Positions 13,130 to 26,680 of a DNA stretch of 64,000 nt are shown here, piece after piece; the stretch's first letter is position 1, and the number at the start of each line of letters is the position of its first letter. A program made the position numbers and the translations under genes. The stretch lies in NCBI RefSeq assembly GCF_963921235.1, contig NC_086109.1:34474001-34538000 (forward strand), in the 5' to 3' direction. Source of the DNA: Mobula hypostoma. Lineage: Eukaryota. The notes under the pieces are model-generated. The model saw only the letters and a program-made list of their open reading frames with translations. It was not told the origin of the DNA and did not search any database.

Positions 13130-14372
13130 ATTATGGAAAGTATTCATAGGGTGATATTATGGTTAGGCAGATTTTAGTAGGCACACTTGCAGAATTTTGA
13201 ACTATTCAATTAATGATCGCACTTAAACAAGTAAAAAAATATAAATTATGATAAGGTATATCAGGACAAATATTATAGCTTGTAACATTGAGTAGCCCCA
13301 ACATCCAAGACTTAAATTAATCCAATCAAACAAATCCTATCCATCAGATTGATGTATTTTATCTGCAGCATTATGAATATGATCAGCCAAACTTATCAGA
13401 TATATAAGTACAAAACTCTTTGACAATAACTGCATATGTTCTCCCCTTAACTGGTAAGAGAAGATCTAATGCCATACAACTTTGAAGAACCATTCCTGTT
13501 ACTACTTGCCCCAAGGATTCACAGGGTCATTGCTTACCCTTTGTAAAGCTGCAGCAACACTTCTAATCTCTTTTATATTCTTTTTAACACTGTAAAATAG
13601 GGAGAAAATGATGCAAAATCATCTCCTCCTGAAATGTTTCGTCTGCTTCTAGACTTGGGAGGTAAATTTAAGGTCTGTCTATGTCTTGTGGCAGGAAAGG
13701 CCTACAGGTACTCTAAATTCAAGATACTAACCAATTGCGTGGAAGAGAGCTGGAGGTTCCGTTTCTGCTCAGCAGGTGCCTTGTTGAATTGCAATGTTTT
13801 TCTGATAGATATTATCAATGAAAATTCCCAAGACATTGCCCTATTTAGAATAACGTAAAGTGTAATTGCATAACCAATGCCCTACTGGAATAGTACGTTC
13901 TGAACTCAAGTAAAAGGTAGATGGTAACCCATGAAAAGATACAACAGCTTTGTCATGAATATTAGATATAGAGGTATCTCAGGATAAGACATGAACAGGT
14001 CAGATATGATATGATTCCCTCAATCATGCTGATAATATTTATTTAAATGATCTAGTTTAAGACAGTATGTGTGTGGGGGGAGGAATCATCATATATTTAT
14101 GTCTCTCTTGGGAATAATAAATCATAATGTCAACATTGTCATTGCTGGAATGTTTAATAAAGAAGGCACACACTTTTTCTGGATCTGCAGAAATGCGGAT
14201 ATTTTGAAGTGTGTGGTATATTGTATATTGACATACCCGACAGTTAGAGACATTAACAGCATCAACAAATTTCTCGCAAGCATGCGTTATGAGTCATCTC
14301 AATTGGCACATTGTGAGTGGGAAATACTGGCAAATATATAACAACAAATAATAATATTAGGATAAACTTCAT
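13130..14372 (-). pseudogene. ERV env remnant, gamma-type TM
   Basis: Signal peptide MKFILILLFVVIYL from ATG at 14372; furin site RSRR at 13639-13650; immunosuppressive-domain-like MVLQSCMALDLLLPVKGRTYAVIVKEFCTYISD at ~13395-13493. Contains stops; 3' end approximate. Confidence 0.8.
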
Positions 14373-14519
14373 GATGTCCAGTAGTTGTAGACTTGCTTGA
14401 TGTCTTCTGGCTGGTTAGTGATTTGCTCACTATAGCCCAGCAGAATGGGCACTGTGTCAGAGGTTACTAGCACATTAACCACAGTGCTTGTTGTCCTCGT
14501 CAGGTACTACCGTAGCTCG

Positions 14520-15600
14520 CTTACAGTGGCTGGCACGTGTCACTGACTTTTACCTTCGACTTTCACCGCTGAGTTGGTAATTAATACCACTTGATTAAGA
14601 CCTTCCCATCCAGCTCCCAATGGTTCCTTATGTGGTATCTTAATTTATGCCCACTCACCAGGAATCAGGGCGTATCCTCCTGTTGAATCACTCCAAGAGG
14701 CAGAAACCTGTTGAAAAGCAGATTGTACAGCTTGAGATAATTTCACACAAGCGTTAACTAAACTCTCTACCATAATGTGTATGTCAACCTCTCTGAGATT
14801 GAGGGTCCTGTGGGTGACATAGGACACCCTTTAACCACCTCGAATGAACGTAGTTTAGTTTTCTTGTTTGGGTTTTGGTTTGTTCTGATGCTAGATAAGA
14901 CCATTGGAAGAGCTGTAGGCCATGGAATATCTTCCTCATGATACTTAATCACTACTTGATGATTCCATTCATTCGTTCGTAGCATCTTTCAAACACCTGT
15001 TGAGCTTGTGCTCTGAACTTTGGGTTCCACCACCTAGGAGAACCTGACAATCATTTTTTTACACTCCATTGTGTCCAAGAGAATGTATCTGCTGTGCCAG
15101 ATAAGGAATCAATGTAGTTGGAGCTACCAGTTTATGATTATTGCCATATCACCATACACCATCACTGTGTAACTTCCCACCATTCTCCGTCCAGAACCAC
15201 TTTTCCTGATTAGAGCATTTACTTACATCTCTCGAATGTCTTGTATGTTTGTCTGTGATACAGGTTCCAACTTCATTTCCATAGTTCCAGTTGTGAAGTT
15301 CACTGGATATGTTCTTGGTATTTCTGTTACTTCTTTTACCCCTTCCCATGCTGCCTTTTTTGCAATTGCACCTGCAAATGCATTTCCACAGCTTTCCATT
15401 GCAGTCACTTTGGAGTGCCTTTGACATTTTAATATAGCAATGTCTGATGGCAGTTGTGCAACTTGCATGAATTCTTGTCCTAGTTGGTCATTCTTGGTTG
15501 GATTTCCATTTGCTGTAAAACCATCTTTTTGTTTCCATAAGTTTTCAAAATCATGAACAAGTCCAGAAGTACATGAGGATCAATGTACATATCAGCTTAC
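14520..15600 (-). pseudogene. ERV pol remnant (RNase H and integrase C-terminal part)
   Basis: LVHDFENLWKQKDGFTANGNP; IAILKCQRH...GNAFAGAIAKKAA; PWPTALPMVLSSIRT; WEGLNQVVLITNSAVKVEG. Frameshifted. Confidence 0.8.
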
Positions 15601-17535
15601 AGGCTTCAGTTAGAGCTTTTAGTTCTTCCTGTTGCACATAGGTACCAGGAGCCATTCAGATTCTTCTATCAATCATCAACAAGCCATCATAAAGAGGTCA
15701 TATCTCTGAAAGTGTCACCAGCAGAATCACTGGTAGGACTGCCCACTGGTCTGGCAGAAACACCCACTTGAGGGAGGTCTCTACTTGACTTGATGAAATT
15801 GACTCAGTCTGCTTTGAAGTTCCATACACAAAACTTAAATTTGATTATCATGTTGTTCTTTCACCCTTATGGTCTATGTCTGCTGTATTTGTAGTTTATC
15901 CCAATTATTCATGTTCTTTTCCCAATTGATAAATTAAAGTCTTTACTCGCCCGTTAACTTTTTCATTCACTCACACACTTGAACCAACCGACCGTGTGCT
16001 TTTAGCTTTAACTCTCACGTTCCAGGTTTTGATTTCCCTCAGGCAACCTCTGGATCATATCACATGCTTTCTTAATAAACTTAACATTGTTAGTATTTTT
16101 CATCTGGATTTTTATATCAGCAAGAGCTCGTAGCAGGTTTCCTGACTTTAGCCATTGTTTTATTTTGATCTTTATTTGTATATACTTTTTTATTACTTTG
16201 ATTACTTTTGTGATCTTGAAATATCAATAGATTACAACCGAAATTTTGATAAGTTGTTCTGTTACCCAAAGTTTTCTCACGTACTCCATTGGTTTGCAGA
16301 AGTATTGTGCTCCACAGTTTGTATGTATTTCGTTTTTCATACTCCACTGGCTTCTACTGGTCTCCACCACTTGCACATATTTAATTAGTGCTCCACCAAC
16401 TTGCGTATTTAATTAGCATCCCATCAGCTTGCCTGTGGCTTGATCAGCTTGCGTATTTAACTTTTGCAGATTTGTTTTTTGTTCAAAATAGCAATGTAGT
16501 AGTTCCTCACTCCTACTTCTATCTAATGATGTATTGAAGTCAAAACTAGAGTTGGAATTCTAATTTGGAATTAGAAATGAAGCTTTCACCTCTTGTTTAA
16601 TTTAGGTGCCAAAAATGTTCTACTTTGGCCATGATTCTTTTAAGTCTTTAAATCTTCGCAACAATTCTTGCTGATGACACCAAATTGTTGGATTTTGATG
16701 TTTTTAATCCCAGTTTCTTTCGGAAGTCAGGAAAGAGGCACAAAACTTGTTACTTCATGACTCAAATAATGCAGCACCAGAGAAGCTCCCAGAGCTTTCC
16801 AGAATCATACAAATGTAACCACTGGGGGCACACTGAAGGACTGCATATACATACTGTGGCCACTAGGAAGCATACTGAACAGTTACATACATATATATAA
16901 ATAGTTATATATAAATACTAGCAAGCAATTAATTATTAAGCTGCCAAGAAAACAACAATTTAACAGTCTAAATCAACAAAAGCTTATGATGATCACTAAT
17001 GGCAAAGCTAAATATTGCTTTTTAAGAAGTTGTTTTGAAGTCCAGATCAAGTCTCATTATATTTATTTAGCCCTAGAATGGATTTTGGTGGCAGTAGTTG
17101 TTGTTAGAGAGTGGTAGTTGGTTGGCAGGAGTAATATGTTATGGAAAAATATAATTTCTTCATTGAAAAATTAGAATGATCTTTGTTTCCATTGATCCAG
17201 CAACACCTTTTAATGGTAGATGCAGTGTTGTTGCAGTTTAGTTTCACAATAAAATCTGAACTGTTACCAGATCCAGTTATAGTTTAGGTCTTGTCAGGAT
17301 TTCAATAACGTGGTCAATACAGAATTTATTGGTAGTCAAATATAATTGTAAGGATATTTTAGATGTTCTTAATTATCAACATATTTTGACAACCGAAAAC
17401 TCTTGTAGACCAATGTAGAAGCATAGAGAACTACAGCACAGAAATAATCCCTTCAGCCCATCTAGTCCATGCTGATTTGCTATTTTGTCTCATTCCTTTG
17501 ACCCACATCAGCATCATAGCCCCTATACCCCTATA

Positions 17536-17782
17536 GACCGGCTGGTGGCGCAGTGAGATCAGTGCCGGACTCCAGAGCGAAGGTTCCCAAGTTCGAATCC
17601 GGGTCGGGCCACTGCCGAGCACGCTTTCCATCCGTGCCAGGTTGAGTGTCGAGCTAGCCACTTGGCCTCGTAAAAAATACAAGGGTCAGGTCAGGATCGT
17701 TCATAACGTGACCCGGTTAATCCTGACGCCACGTGCCAGCCAAGAATGGCTGAATGTCTAGTACGACACGCTTTAAAAAAAA
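17536..17782 (+). mobile_element. tRNA-derived SINE
   Basis: A box tggcgcagtga (17546), B box gttcgaatcc (17591-17600), CpG-rich body, A tail. Confidence 0.75.
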
Positions 17783-18914
17783 CCCTCTCAGCTACTGTAT
17801 GTTCAAAGTTCAACATAAATTTATGTCACCATATATATTATCTTGGGATTCATTTTCTTGCAGTCATTCACAGTAGAATAAAAAAAATACAATATAATGT
17901 AGAAAAAGGTTTCCTTCCCTAAGGTGCATTAGCTGATCTTCCGATTAATCCAGTAGCTTTCAAGAGCGTTTATTGAATTCCTTTTCACATTTTACTACAG
18001 AAATTTGAATTTATGGCCTTGGTCGGTAACTTGTGCACTGGATGCACCATTTTACTGTGCTCAGTCGAACTATATTTATAGCACACAGGGAACCAAATAT
18101 CTCCTCATATCTGTGTCAATTATTTGTGACTGCAATCCAGAACTACTCCTGCTTTCTTTTCAGAAAGGAGGAGGAATTCATAGACAGAATAGACTATTCT
18201 TTTTAAAATATTTATTCCCTTTCTCTTCATGTGTAATTTGCTTTTGCTTCTGGATCTAGCCTTTAAGGTAATGTAGTCTTTGCCATAGTTACTCTGTCTG
18301 CTATTAAAATTCAAATAAAAACTACATCATATTTTAGCACCTAATTGATTTTATTTTATTCATATGAAAACTCTTCTGCACTGATAAAGGTGCTGTCATG
18401 CATATGAGATGGATGTAAATTAATCCATTCACAGTTTCAAAGAAGAGAAGGGGAATTAATGCCAATGACATGGCCAATGCTTATGCCTCAGTCACGTAGA
18501 ACAGACATATTGACTTATTAATCTTGATGTGAACAATGTTATTGGCATGTTTCTAAAATTATAGCAGTGAGTATTCTCCTTAGGACTTTGGGGCATAGAG
18601 CTCTTAACTCTATTATTCAAATACAATGCTTCTTTGTAAGTTTCCCATCCCTGACGTATTTCCAGTGCAGTTACAGTCTATTCTGTCTATGATTTCCTCC
18701 TCCTTTCTTAAGCAGAATGACACTGTTTACAACAAACAAGAGTTACTGTAATAATATAAAGAGTACAGATTCTTTGTGAACAATCACAAGTAATTTCCTG
18801 GTGGACATACCCCATGAATGTAAAGCTCCTTCCAGCTGAATATTGTTTGCCATCCTTACAATGAGAGGCTACTGGCTGATGTGGAGAAAATGGAAGCGGA
18901 TAGTAAAGGTGCTC

Positions 18915-19195
18915 CAGAATCCAGGGTTCATTTCTGGCCCTGTGTGATGTCTGTGTAGTGTTTGCATGTTCTCCCTGGGACTGTGTGACTTTCCTCCTGT
19001 GCTTCAGTTTCCTCCCACATTCCAAAAGTGGTGTTGGTAGATTACTGGTTACTGTAAATTCTCTTTAACGTTGGTAAGTGACGAACTATGTTGAATGAGA
19101 ATTGATGGAGGGATTGAGAAATAAACAGAATAGATGGGGTTATTTTGCTGGGAATCAGCCTGCACCTGTGGGGCTACAACACTTCCTGTGTGATA
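18915..19195 (+). mobile_element. V-SINE-like element (related copies ~9640-9765 -, ~11500-11732 -, ~19829-20060 +, ~55430-55570 -, ~60500-60597 +)
   Basis: B-box-like ggttcatttc followed by tttgcatgttctccc...tttcctcc...gtttcctcccacattccaaa, the V-SINE conserved domain pattern. Confidence 0.6.
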
Positions 19196-19294
19196 ATGGG
19201 CAAGTACTTTGCAACAGAAGAAGTTCATGCTGAAGGAGTTTGTTAGAAGATTCCTCAATCATATGTTTAATATGTCACAACATTTCTTTTTCAG

Positions 19295-19546
19295 GTATCA
19301 GCTGAAGCTCTTTGCAATGATTTGCCTGGATCGTCAGTACCTGGCAATTGGTGAAATTTCAAAGCAACTGAGTGTGGAACTGATATATCTGTGCATGGCT
19401 GATGAATTATTGCCTTATGATATACGGGCTTCATTTTGCAATCTAATGTTACATGTGCATGTCATCAGGGACCCCCAGGAGCTGGTAACACCAGTAAAAT
19501 TAGCTCGGCTGTGGACTGAGATTCCAACATCAATCAATATCAAAGA
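19295..19546 (+). CDS. ITPR3: ITPR3-like coding exon 2 in window (252 nt, phase 2-2)
   Basis: tttttcag acceptor and gtaaga donor. Encodes [25 protein letters not shown]...[40 protein letters not shown]; phase matches the previous exon. Confidence 0.93.
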
Positions 19547-20559
19547 GTAAGACATTGTTTTTTGTTATCCTCGCAGAATTATTTCAAGTAGCTAAGACCA
19601 GAGTATAGTACAATGCAGGAAGAGGTTCGATAGCCTATGATGCTGTGCCAATCTAATTAAGCTAATGGTGTCTCATTTATATAATTCCTTCTACTATGGT
19701 CAATATCCTTCATCCCTCTATATTCATACGGCTGGTTAAGAGCCTCATAAACACCTCTATCACCTCTGTTTCCACATCATCCCTGGCAAAGCACTCCAGG
19801 TAGCCAACACTTTGTCTTTTTTAAAAGAGGAGGCACAGTAACATAGTGGTTACCATAATGCTTTACAGTGCCGGTAGTCAGAATATTGGGGTTCAATTCC
19901 TGATAATGTCTGTCGAGAATTTGTATATTCTACCCATGACCTCGTGGATCTTCTCCAGGTGCTCTGGTTTTCTCCTACATTAAAAATGGATGGGTTAGAC
20001 TTTGTAAGTTGTGGGCATGTGATGGTGGGGGAAGCATCATGATATTTGCCTCCAGCACTACCTTTTCAATGGGAAATAAAAAAGGCTTGTAATAAGGGCA
20101 ATGTTATGATAGTCATGGGGGATTTCAATATGCAGGTTGATTGGGAAAATCAGGTTGGTGCTGGATATGAAGAGAGGGAAGTTGTAGAATGCCCACGAGG
20201 TAGCTTTTCTGAGCAGCTTGTTGTTGAGCCCAGTAGGGGAAAAACTGTTCTGGATTGAGCACTGTGTAATGAACCAGATTTGATTAAGGAGCTTAAGATA
20301 AAGGAACCCTTAGGAGATAGTGATCACAAACAGCAGAGGTCCCAGTAGGAATACCTGCAAAACACCACAAGACATAGATCTCCATCCAGAATAAGACCCA
20401 TCAAGAACTCGTCTCTGTCTTCCATGGGCCAGGCAATTCTGATCCGAAGTAGCCAAGTCACTGAGGACCCCATGCATCTTAATCTTCTAGATGAGCCTTC
20501 TAACAGAAAATAGAATGAACTGGAATTAAACCAGGCAGTTAAGTATCAAATCAAAAAGT

Positions 20560-23500
20560 GCATCCAGCTGCAGCTTCTAATATTCTGCATGAAGGAGCTG
20601 GAGCTGAATGAACTCCAGATCATTCAGGAGGCTGAGGGGGTGATAGACAGGAAATATAGAGAGGTAGTTACACCCAAGGTGCAGGACACAGGAAACTGGA
20701 TGACAGTCAGACAGTCGGGAAAGGGAAAGGGGTTAAACAGTCAGTGCAGAGTACTCCTGTGGCCATCCCCCTCAACAATAGGTATACCATTTCGGATACT
20801 GTTGAGGGAGGATTGACCTAGCAGAGGAAAGTCACAGCGGTCAGGTCTCTGACTCTGTGACTTGGAAGGAAAGGGGAGAGAAGAGGCACACAGTAATGAT
20901 AGGGGATTCATTATTTAGGGAAACAGAAAGGAGGTTCTATAGATGAGAATGAGATTCCCAGATGGTATGTTGCCTCCTTGGTGCCAGGGTCAGGGACGTC
21001 TCGTATCGAGTCCTCAGCATTCTTAAGTGGGAAGGTGAGCAACCAGAGGTCATGGACCATGCAGGTACCAGTGACATAGTTAGGAAGAGGGATGCAGTTC
21101 TGCAAAGTGAATTCAGGGAGTTAGGTGCTAAGCTAAAGGGGAGGACCTCTAGGGTTGTGATCTCAGGATTGCTACCCATGCCACATGCTCTTGAGGCCAG
21201 AAATTGGAAGATCATACAGTTGAACACATGGCTAAGGAGTTGGTGTAGGGGGGAGGGCATCAGATTTTTGGATTATTGGGCTGTCATCCAGGGAATGTGG
21301 AGCCTATACAGAAGGGATGGTTGGCATCTGAACTGGAAGGGGTAATAATATCCAAGCATGAAGGTTTGTTAGTGCTGCACAGAGAGGGGTGGAAGTTTAA
21401 ACTAGAGTTGCAAGGGGATAGGAGCCAGAGTGTTAGAACAGAGAGTGGAGAGGTTGTGGACACAGATGTTGTTAAGACATCAGACAAAGTCAGGAATGGA
21501 AAGGCTGAGCATGGTGTATGTACTATCCTGAGCTTTGTATAATTCAATGCAAGGAGTATTGTAGGAAAGACAGCTGAGCTCGGGATATAGATCAACACCT
21601 GGAATTATGATATTGTAGCCATTAGTGAGACTTGGTTGCAGGAGGGGCAGGACTGGCAGCTCAGTACTCTGGGGTTCCATTGTTTTAGACGCGACAGAGC
21701 AGGAGGGAATTAAGGAGGAGGGGTAGTGATACTAGTCAGGGAAAATGTTATGGCAGGGTTCAGTCAGGACAGACTGGAGAGCTCATCTAGTGGCTGGGAC
21801 TGAGGAATAAGAAAGGTATGAGCATATTAATAGAGCTATAATACAGACCTCGCAACAGTCCGAGAGATTTAGATGAACAAATTTGTAGAGAGAGCGCAGA
21901 CCTTATGCAAAAACATAAGGTTGTTATAGTAGGTGATTTTAACTTTCTACATATTGACTAGGTCACTCATTCTGTTAAAGGACAAGATGGGATAGAATAT
22001 GTCAGATGTGTTCAGGGAAGTTTCCATAATCAGTGCGTAGAGTCCCAATGAGAGAGAGTGCAATTCTTGGTCTGCTGTTAGGGAATGAGGCAGGGCAGGT
22101 GACAGAGATTGTGTAGGGGAACACTTTGGATTTAGTAATCGTAATGCCAATGGTTTCAAAGTAAATATGCAGAAAGATAGGTTTGGTACATGAGTTGAGA
22201 CTTAAATTGGAGAAGACCAATTTTGATGGTATGAGGAAGAATCTGGCAAGTGCGGATTGGGACAGGATAGATTATGTACTTCATAAGTGCATTCTGCAAA
22301 TATTTAAGAACAAGTTCAGTATGGTAATCCACGCATGGAACCAAAAGAGATGGGTGAGATCTTAAATGATTTTTTTGCATTTGTATTTACTCAGGAGACA
22401 GACACAGTCTATAGAAGTGAGGCAAAACAGCATCAACTTCATGGACCCTATACAGATTACAGAGAAGGAGGTGTTTGCTATCTCAAGGCAAATTAGGTTG
22501 GGTAATTGCCCAGGGCCTGACAAGGTGTTACTTTGGATCATTTGGGAGGCAAGTGCAGAAGTTGTCAGGGTGCTAACAGGGATATTTAAATCTTCCTTAG
22601 TACAGGTGAAGAACTGGCGGATTGGAGGATAGCTAATGTTTTTCTGCTGGTTAAGAAAGGTTCTGAAAATAAAGCAGGAAATTATAGGCCAGTGAGCCTG
22701 ACATCAGTAGTAGGAAAGTTATTGAAGGTACTCAAAAGAACCGGATATATGAATATTTGGGTAGTCAGTATGGTTTCATGAGTGGTATGTCATGTCTAGC
22801 CAACCATATAGAATTTTTTGAGGAAGTAACCAGGAAAGATGATGAAGGCAAGGCAGTAGATGTTGTCTACATGGACTTTAGCAAGGCTTCTGACAAGGTC
22901 CCGCATGGGAGGTTGGTCAGGAAGGTTCAGTTGCTCAGCATTCAAGATGAGGTAGTAAATTGGACTAGACATTGGCTTTGTGGAAAAAGTGAGAGAGTGG
23001 TAGTAGATGGTTGCTCTTCTGACTGAAGGCCTGTGACTAGTGGAGTGCCACAGGGATCGATGCTGGGTCTATTGTTGTTTGTCATCTATATCAATGATCT
23101 GGATGATAATGTGGTTAGCTGGATCAGCAAATTTAAAGATGACACCAGGATTAGCAGTTTAGTGGACAGTGAGGAAAACTATCACGGCTTGCAGCGGGAT
23201 CTGGACCAGCCGGAAAAATGGGCTGAAAAATGGCAGATGGAAATTAATACAGACAAGTGCAAGGTGTTGCACTTCATTAGGACCAACTAGGGTAGGTCTT
23301 ACAAAGTGAACGGTAGGTCATTGAGTGTGGTAGGACTAAGGGATCTGGAAATACAAGTCCATAATTCATTAACAGTGGCATTACAGGTTGATAGGGTGGT
23401 AAAGATAGCTCTTGGCACATTGGCCTTCGTAAATCAAAGTACTGAGTACAGGAAATGGGATGTTATGTTGAAGTTGTATAAGACATTGGTGAGGCCTAAT

Positions 23501-24045
23501 TTGGAGTATAGTGTACGGTTTAGGTCACCTGTCTACAGGAATAATGTAAATAAGATTGAAAGAGTACAGAGAAAATTTTCAAGGACCTTGCCTGGCCTGG
23601 AGGACCTGAGTTATAAGGAAAGATTGAATAGATTAGGACTTTATTCCTTGGGATGTAGAAGACTGAAGGGAGATTGATGGAGGTATACAAAATAATGAGG
23701 GGTATCGATGGAGTAAATGCAAGCAAACTTTTTGCACTAAGGTTAGGTGGGACTACAACTGAAGGTCATGGGTTAAGGATGAAAAGTGAAAAGTTAAGGG
23801 GAACATGAGGGGAAGCTTCTTCACTCAGAGGGTCGTGAGAATGTGGAGTGAGCTGCCTGTGCAAGTGGTGCATGCGAGCTTGATTTCAATGTTTAAGAGA
23901 AGTTTGGGTAAGTACATGGATGGTAGGGGTATGATGGGATATGGCCCCGGTGCAAGTCGATGGGAGCAGACAGCTTTAGTGGTTTGGGATGGACTAGATG
24001 GACTGTAGAACTTGTTTCTGTGCTGTGCTTTTCTATGACTTTATG
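20560..24045 (+). mobile_element. Near full-length degenerate CR1 LINE (ORF1 esterase, ORF2 EN/RT)
   Basis: ORF1 CLLGARVRDV...VVISGLLP...DGWHLN; ORF2 fragments PGPD, VYMDFSKA, GVPQGSMLG, RPNLEY, FFTQRVV; ttctatg 3' tail. Many stops. Other CR1 fragments at 20066-20500. Confidence 0.88.
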
Positions 24046-24092
24046 CTGGTAAGAGAAAAGCTGATTTAAAAGAAACTAATTTTATTCTGTAG

Positions 24093-24237
24093 TTATGATT
24101 CAAATTTGAATGGGTCACGGGATGACAAGAAGAACAAATTCACTAATACGATGGAATTTATGGAAGATTACCTCAATGTTGTGGTGAATGAAGCACTTCC
24201 GTTTTTGGATGAGGAGAAGAATAAACTCACATATGAG
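24093..24237 (+). CDS. ITPR3: ITPR3-like coding exon 3 in window (145 nt, phase 2-0)
   Basis: ttctgtag acceptor and gtaatt donor. Encodes (D)YDSNLNGSRDDKKNKFTNTMEFMEDYLNVVVNEALPFLDEEKNKLTYE. Confidence 0.93.
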
Positions 24238-25574
24238 GTAATTTTTTTTTTTGTTCCCCTCCTTGTGGCTAATTATAATTCTGACTCAGTGTGAGTAATC
24301 CTGACAATCTGTTGAAATCTTCAGCGCCACCTACACCAAAGGCTATTATTTTTCATTACATTTTCTACAGCTGACGCATCATCTCTCAGCATGACCATGT
24401 TGAAGATCAATATTCTTTAAGCAGCTGCTCTATTCTTCAATGACTAGTTACATATATAAACATCCTCATTAATACTAGGAACAGTAGGTAAAATCTGGTT
24501 ACTCAGCTGTGGATAGCTAACTCAACCTGCTGTAGAATTCTCTCGATATTTATTCTATTTCCCTTGTCTTTCACATTGAAAAATTGCTTGTATCTGATTA
24601 CTTAGCCTTCCAGTCACTTACCTCTTGAACTTCATGCTGTTTTTTCCTGCTTTAATATATTACATTTATTTCTCACTCTTCTCCTATAAGGATATTTTGC
24701 TGCATTCATCATGCCAGAGAGAGAAAATTATTGGTGCAAACTCGAGGTTCTCTGCATGTCTTTGTTTCATCACAGGCATATCATCTGGATAGTTAGCATA
24801 ACAGATCAAAGTTTATATTTCTGGCTGGTATATGTAAATTCTATATGTACGTATATGACCTGACATATTTATTTAGGAATGAGGAAAAGAACGTAAAGAC
24901 ATAGGAGCAGAAGCAGACGACTTGGCACCTCAAGCCTGCCAACCATTTAATATGATTTCAGCTGATCTATGCTGGTCTCATCTCCTATTCTGTGTTAGTT
25001 CTCCATAGTCCTGCAAAAAACTTTGATGGTTGGCAAAATCATGGTCTGCCTATTGTGAATACCGGTAAGGAAGTTGAATGTGCTCAAACATCTATGGTAT
25101 TTGGAAAACATGTAGAGCTATGAAATACCGAAGTTGACTACTCTTTTGCAGTCAACATAGAGGCCAGTGTTGGAGCATGGTAGGTCAATTGTTTGCAATG
25201 CCTGCCAGCAAGTTTGAAACTTGTGTTCACAAAGAAGGACCGGACTTCCTGTCCCTTCCGACGGTGAATTTTGGCAGTCAGGAATGGAACATTTCCCTAC
25301 AAGTTCCAGTTGTTTGTTTTAAAATTAATAAGGAAATAGGCCAAAGTGCATTCTGCATAGAGTAATGAACAAAAACTGATGAAGCTGTGGTTGTAAGGAA
25401 ATATCTTATAAACTGCTAGTTCTGCAGCTCCCTGGTCTAAAGTTCCAAAAGCACCCTGTCTTGGCCAATCAAGCAGAATCATTTCATCTCATGTAGTGCA
25501 CACTGAAACCCTGTTTCTCGAACACCCTGATGGTCTTTGACTGCTTGCTGTCTTCAAAGAATTTAGAACAATGA

Positions 25575-26680
25575 TTATAGAACAAATAAAATAAGGTTCA
25601 TACAGCATGAAACAGACTCTTAGGCCCAACTGGTCCATACTAACCAAGATACTGTACTTGTCTAAACTAGTCCTAAATGCTGGTGTTTTGCCCATATCCC
25701 TCTGAACCTCTCCTATCTGTATATCTGCCAAAGTATTTTTAAAATGTTGTTAATGTACCAGTCTCAACCCTTTCCTTTGACCATTCATTCCAAATATTGA
25801 CTGGGTGAAATAGCGGCACCTCAGATTCTTATTAAATCTTTCCCCTTTTACCTTTAACATTTGCTCCCTAGATCTTTATTCCCAGTCCCTGGGCAAAATA
25901 CTCTGTATTTATCCTATCAATGTCCCTCATAATTTTATGACCTCCATAAGAACACCCCTCATTCTCCTTTGCTTTAGTGAAAAAGTCCCAACCTGCTCAA
26001 CCTCTCTGCATCTCTCAGTCCCTCCAGTCCCGGCAACATCCTGGACGTTTTCCAGTTAATGGCATCTTTCCTACAGCAGGGTGACCAAAAGTGACACAAA
26101 ATTCTAAGTATGGCCTCATGAATGTTGTCTACAATTGCAACATAACGTCTCGACTTATATTTTCAGTGTTCTAATTGATGAAGGTCAACATGCCAAAAGC
26201 CTTTTGTCATACCTGGTCTAACTGTGATGCTACTTTCAATGAGCTTGTACTCCTTGGTCCCTCTGTTCTCCAACACTCCCCAGCATCCTATTGTTAGCTG
26301 TAACTGTCCTATCCTAATTGTTTTTTCCAAAATGCAGCACCTCTGTCTTACCTGAATTGAACTCCATTTGCCATTGCTTAGCCCACTCAGCCAGCTGATC
26401 AACTTCTTTAGGTCCTGATACTGTTTTCACTGTCAATGAAATCACCTATTTTAGAGTTATTTGCAAGCTAAGTAACCATGCCTCGCTGATTCTCATCAAA
26501 TCACTTATATGGATCACAAATAGCTTTGGACTAGAACTGAGCCATGGAGAGCACCATTAGTCATGGATCTCAAGTCTGAAAAGTAACCTTCCATCATCAC
26601 CCTCTGCTTCCAGCCATCAAGAAAATTGTGTCTCTTGTTAGCTAATACACCCTGGATCCCATGCAGGTTAAATTCCCATG
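25575..26680 (-). mobile_element. Old CR1 LINE 3' fragment
   Basis: Reverse-complement resemblance to the CR1 RT C-terminus and 3' UTR; highly degenerate. Confidence 0.6.

Larger units (their letters stand above)
12536..16978 (-). mobile_element. Decayed, internally deleted endogenous retrovirus (class I-like) with env
   Basis: Related LTRs at 12536-13013 and 16686-16978 (TGTTG...CAACA). PPT gaggaggggaat abuts the 3' LTR; TGG-starting PBS-like sequence abuts the 5' LTR. Remnants of RNase H, integrase and env in between. Confidence 0.85.

Noticed and set aside
17536..17610. Possible tRNA gene
   Set aside because: A/B boxes continue into a long body and an A tail, and I could not fold a convincing cloverleaf; called as a SINE head.
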